Below are positions 9,750-20,015 of a stretch of 64,000 bases of DNA, piece after piece. The DNA lies in IMG/VR virus record IMGVR_UViG_3300025881_000008, positions 1-64,000 of that record; one strand, 5' to 3'. Position 1 is the stretch's first letter. Each line of letters opens with the position of its first letter. The notes below the pieces were generated by a model. That model was not told the DNA's origin and did not search any database. It saw nothing but the letters and a program-made list of their open reading frames with translations. Both the position numbers and the translations under genes were made by a program. Source of the stretch: a virus.

Positions 9750-10411
9750 TATTCTTCTGTTATTTCAATATCTTCAATATCTTCTAAGGCCTCTTTTTTA
9801 ATACCCGCTTGAATTGCAGCCATTAGGTCCTTTGTACCTCTTTGTAAGTTTTTATTTTCTTTATCACCACCGGATTGTTCAATCTCTCGAACATCATCTC
9901 TCTTTTTATAGATCTCAATATCACGTGCAATTCTTTTAGTAGATTCTTCAGAAGCCATCAAGTACATTGTTTGTGATTTAATGATATCTAACATTGATTT
10001 TTGTAATGTTGCAAGTACTTCAAACATACGAGGTGCTAATTCACCGTCGTCGATTGTTTGTAAAAGTGTGGTTAATGCTCTCTCGCCAGCATTCAATTGA
10101 TAGATCAATGAACTCATTGTCATTTCATCCATCTTTTTCTTTGCGGCAATATACTCGTCCTTTTCAATAATATCTGCATCGAGATAAAATTTCATAAGGG
10201 CTGTTATAGTCTTTTGTGCCTTCTTAGTTGCATTAGACTTTAATTCTTCATAACTGATTCTAGGAGCCAGATCAGTTCTTGGTTGTTTCATTGGTAAATC
10301 CACCGGATCACTCTCAACATCCAGCATTCCAGTATCTCCTATTAAATCATCTAACTCTCTACGGATTTGATCCGCTTGTTCAGATATATTCTTTTTCTTC
10401 TCTTCGCTCAT
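9749..10411 (-). CDS. Terminase small subunit (gp16-like)
   Basis: APRMFEVLATLQKSMLD resembles the gp16 PRxYEV helix; directly upstream of the large subunit. Confidence 0.65.
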   Translation of the reverse strand: MSEEKKKNISEQADQIRRELDDLIGDTGMLDVESDPVDLPMKQPRTDLAPRISYEELKSNATKKAQKTITALMKFYLDADIIEKDEYIAAKKKMDEMTMSSLIYQLNAGERALTTLLQTIDDGELAPRMFEVLATLQKSMLDIIKSQTMYLMASEESTKRIARDIEIYKKRDDVREIEQSGGDKENKNLQRGTKDLMAAIQAGIKKEALEDIEDIEITEE

Positions 10412-10456
10412 AAAAGTATTATTTATAGGTTATATATCAACCTACCTCAGGCGTGG

Positions 10457-12406
10457 CTATCTTGCTTGATTATAGCGTCTTAATTGAATAGAAGGAACTG
10501 CGTTGTCAATAATAGTTGCTAATTGATTATCTCTAACAACATATTGTTGTAATATATTGAGTCTTTGTTCTAATTCGATTGGCTTTTTAAATAACCTAAC
10601 ATTAGTTAATTTCACTTGACCTGGCATAAGAGCCCATTGTTTGTTAGTGGACCAGCCGTATGATGAAATATCTATTGTACTATTAGCTACGCTAGTAATA
10701 CTTTCTTGTGTTGAATTAGAAGGTATGAAATTATTACCAGGTTCTAATCTATACACATTAGTTGATATTTGATTGTATTTATTATTTAGATTAAAGACTA
10801 GACCGTACCATGCATCAGATGTAATTGGAGCGTTATATGCCACGTTGTGTGTATCGCCATTTAATCGTATAACTACATGATCTTTAGTAGTCGATAACTT
10901 TAAACCCTTGTCATCAATCAAACCATCTAATAATGTAGCCGTTGGATTAATTGTAGTTAAATTAGGTTTAAACCATAAAGTAACTGCCATATTATCATTA
11001 CTTGCTAATACAGATTGTCTTTTATAAACTACAGCTTCAATACCAACATCTTTAATACTGCTAAGATCGTATGTATTCTTACTAATAATAGTCCATTTAT
11101 TTCTAATTTCAGTATCTAATATAGAAAGGCTGTTGTGTATTCTATCTCTTATACCATCACCAACTGGACTAAATATTGTCTGGTATTGTTCAGGCTTTGC
11201 AACTTGAACATATTCTTGTTGAATTTCTTCACCAAATACTTCGTCAATTCCTGTAATTAAATCATCTAATTCTTGTTCGACTACGGTATCTGTTTGAATG
11301 GTGCTTGTTCTCTCTTCATATTTTCTGAGCATTACTCTCCAATATGTCTGTTCCATATTGAATTCATCTGCAAAAGTAACAGCACTAACTTCATACATTC
11401 TATTCATTAGCGGAAAATAAAGATAGTCTCTCATTCTAGGGTGTAATCCTGTACCAAATGCTGATTCAAATTCAGTTCTAGTTACATGTATCTCAAAATC
11501 TTCAAATCCCATACCATACATATTGAATTCAAAATTATTGGATGGCATCTCATTACCTGGAACCATTATTTTAAATTCGCCACTTTCTTTTACATTATAT
11601 AGCGAATACTCCATTAGGATCACATCTCTTGATCTCTGATCTGGTTCTACTCTAAAATATTTTATACTGTGTCCAAAAATACTGGTTGATAAATCCGTGA
11701 TTTGTTTGTATAATTGAGCCGGTTTCTGTAGAGCATACGGGTTATACAAATTCTCATCACACGCAACTACAATATTAGCACAACCATTCATTGCGTATGG
11801 ATCTGTACAATCCGTACAATATTCAGGGCATGATATAATCTCTCCTGCTTCGGTCTGTCTAACAAACTCAATACTTAATAAAGATAATGAATGCGCAGTA
11901 GAAAGTCTATTAACTGTAAATCCTATTGTGATCCAAAGTGGTTTAGTTGGATCAAACACAAGTCCTAGTAAATCAGAAGGTCCAACTCCAAGTGTAAGTG
12001 GTCTATATTCAGACATCACACCGCCTTCGCTGTCAATTGATTCCTGTGACCATTTAAACTGATAATCAAAAAAGTTGTTAGCATCAACTGGTTTATAGAA
12101 TTTAAGACCAGTGCCAGTAATTGGCGAGGGTTCAGTTATAGTAAAAGTATTAGCATTAATAATAGCATCAACTTCATATTCTACATTACCTACAATAATT
12201 TTACTACCATGTATTAGATCTAAATTAGTTCTATATCCAACCACAACAGTACTGCCGGCAGTCATGTTTAAACCGCCTATAGTATTAGGTGAGCTTACAC
12301 CAACTACTATCTTCCATGAATTAATACCTACTGTATTTTCATAAGGAGTAATTAGCTTAGCATAGAATGAATCACCTATTTGATCTGCTGTAAAATTATT
12401 TACCAT
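10457..12406 (-). CDS. Neck/head-closure protein (gp14-like core) with extra N-terminal and C-terminal LamG-like domains
   Basis: Central FGHSIKYF...FEIHVTRTEFE...PRMRDYLYFPLMNRMYEV resembles gp14; C-terminal VTLWFKP...WYGLVF...NVRLF is concanavalin/LamG-like. Confidence 0.65.
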   Translation of the reverse strand: MVNNFTADQIGDSFYAKLITPYENTVGINSWKIVVGVSSPNTIGGLNMTAGSTVVVGYRTNLDLIHGSKIIVGNVEYEVDAIINANTFTITEPSPITGTGLKFYKPVDANNFFDYQFKWSQESIDSEGGVMSEYRPLTLGVGPSDLLGLVFDPTKPLWITIGFTVNRLSTAHSLSLLSIEFVRQTEAGEIISCPEYCTDCTDPYAMNGCANIVVACDENLYNPYALQKPAQLYKQITDLSTSIFGHSIKYFRVEPDQRSRDVILMEYSLYNVKESGEFKIMVPGNEMPSNNFEFNMYGMGFEDFEIHVTRTEFESAFGTGLHPRMRDYLYFPLMNRMYEVSAVTFADEFNMEQTYWRVMLRKYEERTSTIQTDTVVEQELDDLITGIDEVFGEEIQQEYVQVAKPEQYQTIFSPVGDGIRDRIHNSLSILDTEIRNKWTIISKNTYDLSSIKDVGIEAVVYKRQSVLASNDNMAVTLWFKPNLTTINPTATLLDGLIDDKGLKLSTTKDHVVIRLNGDTHNVAYNAPITSDAWYGLVFNLNNKYNQISTNVYRLEPGNNFIPSNSTQESITSVANSTIDISSYGWSTNKQWALMPGQVKLTNVRLFKKPIELEQRLNILQQYVVRDNQLATIIDNAVPSIQLRRYNQAR

Positions 12407-12437
12407 TAATATCGTGACGAACTCGTCTTATTTTTAT

Positions 12438-13088
12438 TTATATATCCGAGTTTCTATCGGTGATTAAAAGCATCTCTGGGTCGTCTGCCTCGTACTGTTC
12501 TAATTTTTGAATAATAGCGTTTATTATACCGAATGTTTCACCTGCATTATCTTCAGATAAAAATCCATCTAGTATTGACATAAAGGTTTTTAACTTAACC
12601 ACCTTATACATTTGAGTTCGGTCCATAACATGGCACCTTTCTAAAATATCGTTAATTATATTTAGTTCTCTAGTAGCAAATAAATCAAAAAGTCTTAAAC
12701 TACCCCTAATAGTTTTAATATTGTATCTGATTGTTTTGATTTGATCAATATTAACTATTCTATTATAACTGACATTTTTATTTAGATTAATTTTAATCCA
12801 CAATAAGTTTGGCGTGTTCTGTAATATTTGCCAAATAAAATAGACCGAAGTTGCCTCTTTGTGAATAGACATGTCGCTAACCGACTGAAATCTATTGATT
12901 TCAGACGAAAACCATTTGCCTAAATATTGTTGCATTTGTTTTACCGGAATCAAATAAGAGTCTACTGTTAATTTCTTATTATGGGCATCTCTACTGATTA
13001 AGCCCCATATCTTAACATCTATAGAATTATATTTGTATAACGTAATGTCAATTACTTCTGAAAATGTATCTCTACCTTCTGTAAACAT
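12438..13088 (-). CDS. Hypothetical protein (216 aa)
   Basis: Intact ORF fitting the gene tiling; no motif recognised. Confidence 0.6.
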   Translation of the reverse strand: MFTEGRDTFSEVIDITLYKYNSIDVKIWGLISRDAHNKKLTVDSYLIPVKQMQQYLGKWFSSEINRFQSVSDMSIHKEATSVYFIWQILQNTPNLLWIKINLNKNVSYNRIVNIDQIKTIRYNIKTIRGSLRLFDLFATRELNIINDILERCHVMDRTQMYKVVKLKTFMSILDGFLSEDNAGETFGIINAIIQKLEQYEADDPEMLLITDRNSDI

Positions 13089-13500
13089 CTATTTGTGTTT
13101 CAATTTTTTGTAAATCTGCGAATAAATCTGTCTTAGCGAACTGCTTAAGTTCATTAAATTCTCTCATACCGATTTCATTCTTGGACAAGTACAATTCAAT
13201 TGAAGCATCGCTTGGAGTATATTTATCAACCTCCTGTTTAGCTGCTTTTTTTGTCTTGGTGTAGAACCACATTGGAACACTCTTAAATCTTTGCGCAACC
13301 ATTGACCAAGATTCTACTACATTAGCACCACCAATACCATTTACGTTAAACATGTTGGCATTTGACGGATACTTAATAGCAAAGAATCGATTGATCATAA
13401 AATGATGACGTTTCTTTGAGTGGTTTTTTAGTTTATTGTATTGGTCTGGTTTCGTGAACATAATCTTCACGAAATCAAATAATTTTGTTTCGTCTAGCAT
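13072..13500 (-). CDS. Putative clamp loader small subunit (gp62-like)
   Basis: LFDFVK...FMINRFFA...PMWFYTKTKK pattern, size, and proximity to gp44. Confidence 0.5.
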   Translation of the reverse strand: MLDETKLFDFVKIMFTKPDQYNKLKNHSKKRHHFMINRFFAIKYPSNANMFNVNGIGGANVVESWSMVAQRFKSVPMWFYTKTKKAAKQEVDKYTPSDASIELYLSKNEIGMREFNELKQFAKTDLFADLQKIETQIDVYRR

Positions 13501-13529
13501 AAATATTATATATTAAAGGTGGTTAAAGT

Positions 13530-13688
13530 TTACTTTATCCACTCATTAAATGCCAATGTGTGTGCATCTAAATTAGAATAGCCTTCTTTAGCAAATAGCG
13601 CTGCAGTTTGAGCCACTTCTGACTTAAGACCATATGCATTTGCTTCTGCTAAAATCTCTTCAATTTGTAAGTGATCTTCCAGCGTCAT
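13530..13688 (-). CDS. Small hypothetical protein (52 aa)
   Basis: Hand-translated MTLEDHLQIEEILAEANAYGLKSEVAQTAALFAKEGYSNLDAHTLAFNEWIK; ATG overlaps the RNase H stop. Confidence 0.6.
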   Translation of the reverse strand: MTLEDHLQIEEILAEANAYGLKSEVAQTAALFAKEGYSNLDAHTLAFNEWIK

Positions 13689-14959
13689 TAGAATAACTTT
13701 TTAGTGCTTGGTAGTTTTACAGTCTTAGTAGATTCTGTTTTTTTACCAACTAATTTAATAGGTGGTTTTTTGACAGTCTTTTCTTTAGGAATGTCCATTC
13801 CGGCGAATGCATCTACTCCGAATCCAACTTTATCTTTAAGCCAATTAGTACCTTCAAGAATCTTTTCCATATCCATGAATTGATCAGTGTTTTCTAGAGC
13901 ACCTTCCCAGTCTCTGTCAATGGCACTGTAAATTGCCTCTTGAATAGAATCTGGAATAGTTTTAGTGTGTAATAACATTAATGCAATATTATTAGATAGT
14001 GCAGATTTAATTAGATTTAGATTACCATGACCAACTACTCGATATATGATGTCTGTTAATTTATTCTTGTATTCTGTATTAAATAAGTACTCGATGGTAA
14101 AATTATCTAACTCTTTAATAAACTGATCATAAATAGTATCAGCCATTTTTTCTGTAATAGAATATGTTCTAAGCTTACCGCCTTTCATCTCTTTTTGCCA
14201 TGTGACGACTGATGGGATATTATCGGACTTATCGCCGATTAAGATCTTATTAAAGATAAATCTGTCACAGTCAACTTCTGTTACTTCAATTTTAAGATCT
14301 TTAACCCATGACAAGATATTGGTTTGATATGTATCACGAGTCATGTGTTCACCCCCCATGTTAAATAGCAAGTCATCAGTGTTCATGTCATTGGCAATCG
14401 ATGTATTCATATCTTTTTCAAAACCTTCGTACGCGTATAATGACTTCTTAGTATTGTAATACCAAATAGTATGTGCATCATTAGTTTTAGAATAGTTTAC
14501 TAATTGAATAAGATCTCTATCACCTGACCATACGATACATGATTTACCACGGTTATTAAGAGCTGTTGACCAACCAAAAATAACATCATCTGCTTCTGCG
14601 CCCTGAATTTGATGCACAGTAACACCCTTAGCCTGTAAAATCTTTTGGAATTCTTCATACACTGAATATACACCTTGCCAGTTTACATCACTGCTTTGTT
14701 TTCTAGTACCTTTATAGTCAGCTTCTGGGTAAAGATCTTTACGCCATGATTTTGAATCGACTGTTAGGACTACGTCGTCCACGAACATTTTTAACTTACG
14801 CATCTCTGATGCAAAGTCAATGGCTAATTTTCTCATAAACTGGGACATTTGTTTATCATCACCTAACAGTTGACCTGTTTTAGGTTTTGGTAAAACAAAT
14901 AATCTACTGAATACAAAATAATTACCGTCTATTAATAATGTGTGTTTTCCCACCTTCAT
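13688..14959 (-). CDS. rnh: RNase H / 5'-3' flap exonuclease (T4 rnh-like)
   Basis: LLIDGN, SWRK..YP..YKGTR, EADDVI, SGDRDLIQL, GDKSDNIP motifs. Confidence 0.9.
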   Translation of the reverse strand: MKVGKHTLLIDGNYFVFSRLFVLPKPKTGQLLGDDKQMSQFMRKLAIDFASEMRKLKMFVDDVVLTVDSKSWRKDLYPEADYKGTRKQSSDVNWQGVYSVYEEFQKILQAKGVTVHQIQGAEADDVIFGWSTALNNRGKSCIVWSGDRDLIQLVNYSKTNDAHTIWYYNTKKSLYAYEGFEKDMNTSIANDMNTDDLLFNMGGEHMTRDTYQTNILSWVKDLKIEVTEVDCDRFIFNKILIGDKSDNIPSVVTWQKEMKGGKLRTYSITEKMADTIYDQFIKELDNFTIEYLFNTEYKNKLTDIIYRVVGHGNLNLIKSALSNNIALMLLHTKTIPDSIQEAIYSAIDRDWEGALENTDQFMDMEKILEGTNWLKDKVGFGVDAFAGMDIPKEKTVKKPPIKLVGKKTESTKTVKLPSTKKLF

Positions 14960-15027
14960 ATTTATGTTTCTTTATTTAGTCTAATATACAAAAAAAAATT
15001 GAGACTAAAAAATTATTTACTACTTTT

Positions 15028-15984
15028 TTATGAATTAATTATACTCTGTATCTCATATACACAGCTCAACATCGTAATCACAGGATCAATAACATGCACC
15101 CTTTGCGCTTGATGTTTAGCGACAGTTATAATAACTTGTGGTATATGCTTTATATATTGACCCTTTTCCTGCTGAATATATTCGATAAATTCAGCACCTA
15201 GTGTTTGTAATACATCGTCGACTCTATTGGCATAATTACCAACAAGTGTTTGATAGTTTTTAACTGGATCTGTTTCATTAAAGATTAACTCAAATACATC
15301 TTTATAGACTGAGTTAAATTTCTTAACATCTTCCGCTGTAATATTTGCAGTACCTTGAGTTTTATAACCTTGCAATTTATTCAAAGTAGTTCGTAGATCT
15401 GGGAAATTACGTTTAACAAATTCAACAAGCGCTGGCTTTTCGATGGTCATACCCTCTTTGCCACAAATTTCATAAACTCGCTTGATGTATTTCTTAGTTA
15501 ATTCAGTTTCTTCTTGCTTGTCAAAGTCAAAGTCAATAACTTCAAATCGACTCAAGATTGGATCTGGTAATTTATTAATGTAATTACAAGTTGCTATGAA
15601 TCGAGAATTACTCGAGAATGTTTCCATTGTTGCACGAAGTGCTTTAAAGAATTGATCTGACACACCGTCAACCTCATCTAGAATAACTACTTTAAACATG
15701 CCAGGTTTATCCATAATGGAAACCGTAGAACAGAAATCCGTAATTCTGGTTCTAATAACCTCAACCGAAGTATCAGTTGATGCATTAATATAAAGATAAG
15801 GTAATCCGAATTGATTAACGATTGCCTTTGCACATGATGTTTTACCTGTGCCGGGTGAGCCTGCAAATAACATATTTTGAACCAAGCCGTCATTGAATTT
15901 ACTCATGACACGCTCGGGCAATATAAGTTCCTCTAAATTTGAAGGTCTGTACTTTTCTGTAAAAAGTTGATTTACTGATTTCAT
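15028..15984 (-). CDS. gp44: Clamp loader large subunit (gp44/RFC-like AAA+)
   Basis: EKYRP, GSPGTGKT, ILDEVD, ATCNY, SRF, PDLR. Confidence 0.93.
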   Translation of the reverse strand: MKSVNQLFTEKYRPSNLEELILPERVMSKFNDGLVQNMLFAGSPGTGKTSCAKAIVNQFGLPYLYINASTDTSVEVIRTRITDFCSTVSIMDKPGMFKVVILDEVDGVSDQFFKALRATMETFSSNSRFIATCNYINKLPDPILSRFEVIDFDFDKQEETELTKKYIKRVYEICGKEGMTIEKPALVEFVKRNFPDLRTTLNKLQGYKTQGTANITAEDVKKFNSVYKDVFELIFNETDPVKNYQTLVGNYANRVDDVLQTLGAEFIEYIQQEKGQYIKHIPQVIITVAKHQAQRVHVIDPVITMLSCVYEIQSIINS

Positions 15985-16049
15985 GTATATGATATGTTTA
16001 CCTATTATATGTTATTGGCGGTATAATGTTTCATAGATAAATATAATAT

Positions 16050-16559
16050 ATGGCAAGATCATACTCACATATTACTATCACACGAACCGCTGGTGCAAAC
16101 CCGCGCAACAGGTATGGTATTATACTTGCACCGCTATCAAAGTTCTTTAGAAAGTTCTTGGTAGAACATAGGCATATTAGAAGGTGGGCAGATGATGACC
16201 AATTTGTTGGATGTGTATTAAGAATGCAAAAACCACCGGTTGCAAGTGTTATACTAGCTAAAAAATATTGGGATCACAGTAATGAAGTCCTAGTAGATTT
16301 AGCTACATTATATGATAATTGTAATACAGTAGATTGGCAATGTGCAATAAGTCTTAAACCTATTAAGGCTAAGTTTATGAATTTTGATCTGCAAAATTTT
16401 ATACACCCGGAATATCATGATGTATTAAAAGCGCCTATGATTGATAGCCGTATCCTAAAGAGTTCAATTGAGTTTCGCAAGAAATGCAAAAAACTCCTGC
16501 TCGAAGAACGAGAGGAGTTTCTTAAACTTGCAAAGAAGAACGCTAAGCGTCGTCTTTAA
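16050..16559 (+). CDS. Hypothetical basic protein; the only convincing plus-strand gene
   Basis: Fills the gap between gp44 and the glycosyltransferase without overlapping a long minus-strand ORF; GATAAATA motif just upstream. Confidence 0.7.
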   Translation: MARSYSHITITRTAGANPRNRYGIILAPLSKFFRKFLVEHRHIRRWADDDQFVGCVLRMQKPPVASVILAKKYWDHSNEVLVDLATLYDNCNTVDWQCAISLKPIKAKFMNFDLQNFIHPEYHDVLKAPMIDSRILKSSIEFRKKCKKLLLEEREEFLKLAKKNAKRRL

Positions 16560-16563
16560 TTAT

Positions 16564-17184
16564 TTATTTCCAAGACCAAAGTCTATTATCTGGATGGTCG
16601 TGAATTACGATAGTATTTGGTCCTATTTCAGTGTCATAAAATGGCTCGTAATTAAAAAGACAAACATCTGGTCCCATGCTTTTCCACATTTGATTAGATA
16701 AAGCTTTACCACCCCATGCCCAATCAATATTCTTATATATTGATAAACACTCTTTAATCATTCTAGAATTAGGAGATGCGCCCATAATAGTACAATCTAT
16801 AAGAGCACCTTTATTATTATCTTGACCTTCATATCTAACTCCACCAAAAAAAGTGGTTTTATTATGTAATTGGTTTAAGATATTATTAAATGATTTAATT
16901 GGATTTGCATCTGCATCAATATAGACTCCTCCAAAATCTCTTAGTAATAAAAGCCTAGTTCTATCCGCGACGTGTGCCGGTTTAAATATTGTACCAATAT
17001 CTTTTCTATAATTCTGTATAAAAGGATCGTTTTTATATAATTCATCGAATATTTCTTTATTACCCCACAGTTTATATTCCCAATCAGGATGCATCACTTT
17101 TACTCTTTGCATAAAAGTTTTACACTTTTCGGGAATGGGTTGATCACCGATCCAAATTTGATGTATTATTTTAGGTATCGTCAT
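16564..17184 (-). CDS. Glycosyltransferase, GT32/OCH1-like (DXD sugar-binding)
   Basis: IPKIIHQIWIG, HPDWEYKLW, ADRTRLLLL...GGVYIDAD. Confidence 0.85.
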   Translation of the reverse strand: MTIPKIIHQIWIGDQPIPEKCKTFMQRVKVMHPDWEYKLWGNKEIFDELYKNDPFIQNYRKDIGTIFKPAHVADRTRLLLLRDFGGVYIDADANPIKSFNNILNQLHNKTTFFGGVRYEGQDNNKGALIDCTIMGASPNSRMIKECLSIYKNIDWAWGGKALSNQMWKSMGPDVCLFNYEPFYDTEIGPNTIVIHDHPDNRLWSWK

Positions 17185-17244
17185 ATTGAATAAAATAAAA
17201 AGAGCTTTTATTTCTAAAAACTCTTTTTTTAAATTAAGTTTAAA

Positions 17245-18339
17245 TTACATTAAAGCTTTGAATCTTTCAGCAATTGACATACCTTCGTATATTTTTGCCT
17301 TTGTAGATTCTTCTACTTCCTCTTCAGGTGCTTCTTCAGCTTCTTCAGCTTCTTCAACTTCTTCAACTTCTTCACCTTCTTCTTCAACTACTACTTCTGC
17401 AGCTTCTTCGCCTTCTACTTTATCAGCAGCTTCGACGTCTTCTTCTTTTTCTTCTTCAGCTTCAACGTTAACTTCAACTTCAACTTCAACTTCTTCGGCT
17501 TCTTCATTAACTATTGATGAAAGTCTACCAGAACCATCTAGTTCTGCGTTTTCATTATAGCCTAATTGTGCATCAGATTTTGCCTTAGCTTCTGCATCAT
17601 CAGCATCTTGTTCTGCTTGTGATTTTTCTTTAGGTTCTTGTTTTGCTGCGTAATCTTTTAATGATTTTTCATCGTTAGCTACTCTATCTTCTAAGGTATC
17701 GATCTCTAATTTAAGAGCTTTTGCTTCTTCACCAGAAGTAGCCTTCATTACCACTTTTGCGGCTTGTAATTTTGATTTATTTTTACCAATACTAACAACT
17801 TTACCTAGGCCTTCATCTCCTTTTGATAATTCAGACATTCTATCGGTAATAGCATCGACTTGATCTTTAAGAGCTTTGTTTTTAGCTAAGTTAGCCTGTT
17901 TAAGTACTTCGGCTGTTTTAGGATTAGGATCTTCTTTAGAAGCTTCTTTTTTCTTAGCGTAATCAACATCGTTAATAGATTGTTGAATCAGCGCCTTTTG
18001 ATATTGTTTTAAATTTTTAGAAATCTTCATGTATTTAATAGGAGATTTAATAATATCCATAATACCTTCGTTAAGCAGTGTAATGTTAGTTAAATCAAAT
18101 AACTCTTCATAAAGTTCATCAATTTCTAAACTAATAGAAGTTGATTCTGAAACCCTGTCAGATAATTCAATTAAATTATTAAGAATAGTATCAACATCTC
18201 TAATTACTTCAGTTCTAATAGTTTCAGCGGGTGTGGATTGGTCGATGGCTACATCGGTATGTGATGTGGCGTCACCTGACTCGTTTAACAAGTCTCTAGT
18301 AAACTCTTCGTAGAGCTTTAGTTTTGATTTTAATTGCAT
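17245..18339 (-). CDS. Putative internal head/core protein, coiled coil with Glu-rich tail
   Basis: Follows the major capsid gene; own late promoter; KLKLYEEF targeting-like motif; LLNE sites; acidic C-terminus. Confidence 0.55.
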   Translation of the reverse strand: MQLKSKLKLYEEFTRDLLNESGDATSHTDVAIDQSTPAETIRTEVIRDVDTILNNLIELSDRVSESTSISLEIDELYEELFDLTNITLLNEGIMDIIKSPIKYMKISKNLKQYQKALIQQSINDVDYAKKKEASKEDPNPKTAEVLKQANLAKNKALKDQVDAITDRMSELSKGDEGLGKVVSIGKNKSKLQAAKVVMKATSGEEAKALKLEIDTLEDRVANDEKSLKDYAAKQEPKEKSQAEQDADDAEAKAKSDAQLGYNENAELDGSGRLSSIVNEEAEEVEVEVEVNVEAEEEKEEDVEAADKVEGEEAAEVVVEEEGEEVEEVEEAEEAEEAPEEEVEESTKAKIYEGMSIAERFKALM

Positions 18340-18415
18340 AACGTTTTTTATTTTGTTAAGTTTAGTTTATATTAATAGATTATATATCTAACTTAATTAC
18401 TAAATTCTGAAGAAT

Positions 18416-18444
18416 AAAAAAAGGCCATCCGAAGATGGCCTTTT
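18416..18444 (-). terminator. Intrinsic terminator after the major capsid gene (cUUCGg loop)
   Basis: Minus strand AAAAGGCCATC-TTCG-GATGGCC-TTTTTTT. Confidence 0.9.
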
Positions 18445-18467
18445 CATATTAATTATTCTACGTTAGA

Positions 18468-19895
18468 TTACAATTGTAAACCATCAACGTTGAATTTTTG
18501 GTATTGTGTACCTGGGTGGAAACCAGCTTCAACTAGAGCGTATCTAGATTTAACTGCTACTTTAGGAGCCATAGTTCCTTCAGCAATAGTTTGAACTGAT
18601 TCAGCCATTAAGTAAGGCATGAATACTAATCCAGCGCCGTTACCGTCACCTTTTCTACCTACTAGGACTTCGTGCTTACCGTTAACACCTTCGAATGCTA
18701 AGTTTGGATCAGTGTAAACATTGATACCAGCAACTGAACCTACTGGGTAGATTGCACCTGCAACTTGGTTGAATGTGTTAGCCATTGGGTTTGGTACGAA
18801 ACCAGCAACACCTTGTAAAGCTGAAGCAACTTTTGCATCAACTACAGCGAAGTTACCAGCACCTCTTCTACCTCTGTTAGCGATTAAGTTAGCAGCAGCC
18901 AATACGTGAGTAAGGATTCTTCTGTTAACATCACCGTAAGTGTTACCACCTAAAGAGTAGTCTAGAACAACCTCTGAAATACCGCCTTCAGCGATAGATC
19001 TCATCTTAGTTAAGATGTGGTTGTTGATAGATTGAGTTAATTCGTTAGTTAATACTGCTTCTACTTGAGCTACAGCGTCAACACCGAATTGCTTAAGATC
19101 TTGTACTTGCTCTCTTGTAACTGCAGCAGCAACTTGGAAAGTTTCAGCAGCAACACTTTTAGAGAATAAAGAAAGACCCATAACTTTGTCAGCAGTTCTT
19201 TCACCAGCTTCTCTTGCAAGAGGCTTACCGTTAGCATCAGCACCTGAGAATGCAGGAATATGATCTTCTAATGCAGCAACTAATTCTACAGTTGCACCAG
19301 CACCTGTTTTAGCAGCTTCTAAGTCTTCAGCAACGTTTGCTTCAACTAATGCACCTACTACTTTAAAGATTGATTTACCATCAATTCTTGAAGCACCTAC
19401 GAATTCGTATGCAGCGCTAGCTGCAGTAGCTGCAATACTTACAACACCCGCTAATGCTTTATCAGCTTTGATGTAAGTTGGAGCAGTACCACCTAAGGCA
19501 ACAGTTCCACCTTCATAAGTAAAGTCTAAGTAAGACAATAATCCCATTGGTCCAGCCATTGGTACTACTGGTACTAAGTCAAGACCGATAGTTTGAGCAG
19601 CAACTTGCATTGCCAAAGGCAATAATGTTGGAGCTTTGTCACCTGATCCAGTAGCTGCACCTGCTGCACCGTTAGCCGGAGCACCTGCAGGGAAAGATAC
19701 TGCACCCATACCTGTTAAGTTCATTGGGCCAGGGTTGTTAGATAAAGACATGATGTTCGCGTCTTCATAAAGTTTATGGTTGTGACAGTAAGTCGACATC
19801 CATGCTAATTTGCTAGATTCGTTGATACCTGTAGCTTCCGAAATGATCGGTGCCCATGTATTCTTGATCTCAGCTTCATTTAATAAATTTGCCAT
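18468..19895 (-). CDS. gp23: Major capsid protein (T4 gp23-like)
   Basis: VVPMAGPMG, QDLKQFGVDA, RGRRGAGNF, FMPY, SRYAL; likely start MANLLNE at 19895. Confidence 0.95.
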   Translation of the reverse strand: MANLLNEAEIKNTWAPIISEATGINESSKLAWMSTYCHNHKLYEDANIMSLSNNPGPMNLTGMGAVSFPAGAPANGAAGAATGSGDKAPTLLPLAMQVAAQTIGLDLVPVVPMAGPMGLLSYLDFTYEGGTVALGGTAPTYIKADKALAGVVSIAATAASAAYEFVGASRIDGKSIFKVVGALVEANVAEDLEAAKTGAGATVELVAALEDHIPAFSGADANGKPLAREAGERTADKVMGLSLFSKSVAAETFQVAAAVTREQVQDLKQFGVDAVAQVEAVLTNELTQSINNHILTKMRSIAEGGISEVVLDYSLGGNTYGDVNRRILTHVLAAANLIANRGRRGAGNFAVVDAKVASALQGVAGFVPNPMANTFNQVAGAIYPVGSVAGINVYTDPNLAFEGVNGKHEVLVGRKGDGNGAGLVFMPYLMAESVQTIAEGTMAPKVAVKSRYALVEAGFHPGTQYQKFNVDGLQL

Positions 19896-19989
19896 TTTTA
19901 ATGATCGTTTTTTTTGTTTGTTTAATTGTTTAGTTAAAAACTCGACATTCAATGGGCTTTCTGCTTCTGTCGCCCTTATCGTCGAATGT

Positions 19990-20001
19990 TATTTATATAT
20001 C
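19990..20001 (-). promoter_or_regulatory. Late promoter GATATATAAATA upstream of the major capsid gene (representative of 16 GATATATA copies found)
   Basis: Contains the T4 late consensus TATAAATA; the same core recurs upstream of most structural genes. Confidence 0.8.
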
Positions 20002-20015
20002 AGTGTTTCTTTTGA

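Noticed and set aside
17300-17510. TTC/TTCAGC/TTCAAC short repeats as a CRISPR or DNA repeat array (similar tract at 20560-20870)
   Set aside because: These are codon repeats for Glu/Ala/Val-rich protein tracts, with no repeat-spacer structure.
19896-19952. Longer N-terminus of the major capsid ORF (and similar extensions at 27915, 47970, 4368)
   Set aside because: Downstream ATGs have the A-rich leader typical of this genome, and some extensions overlap promoter or terminator elements.
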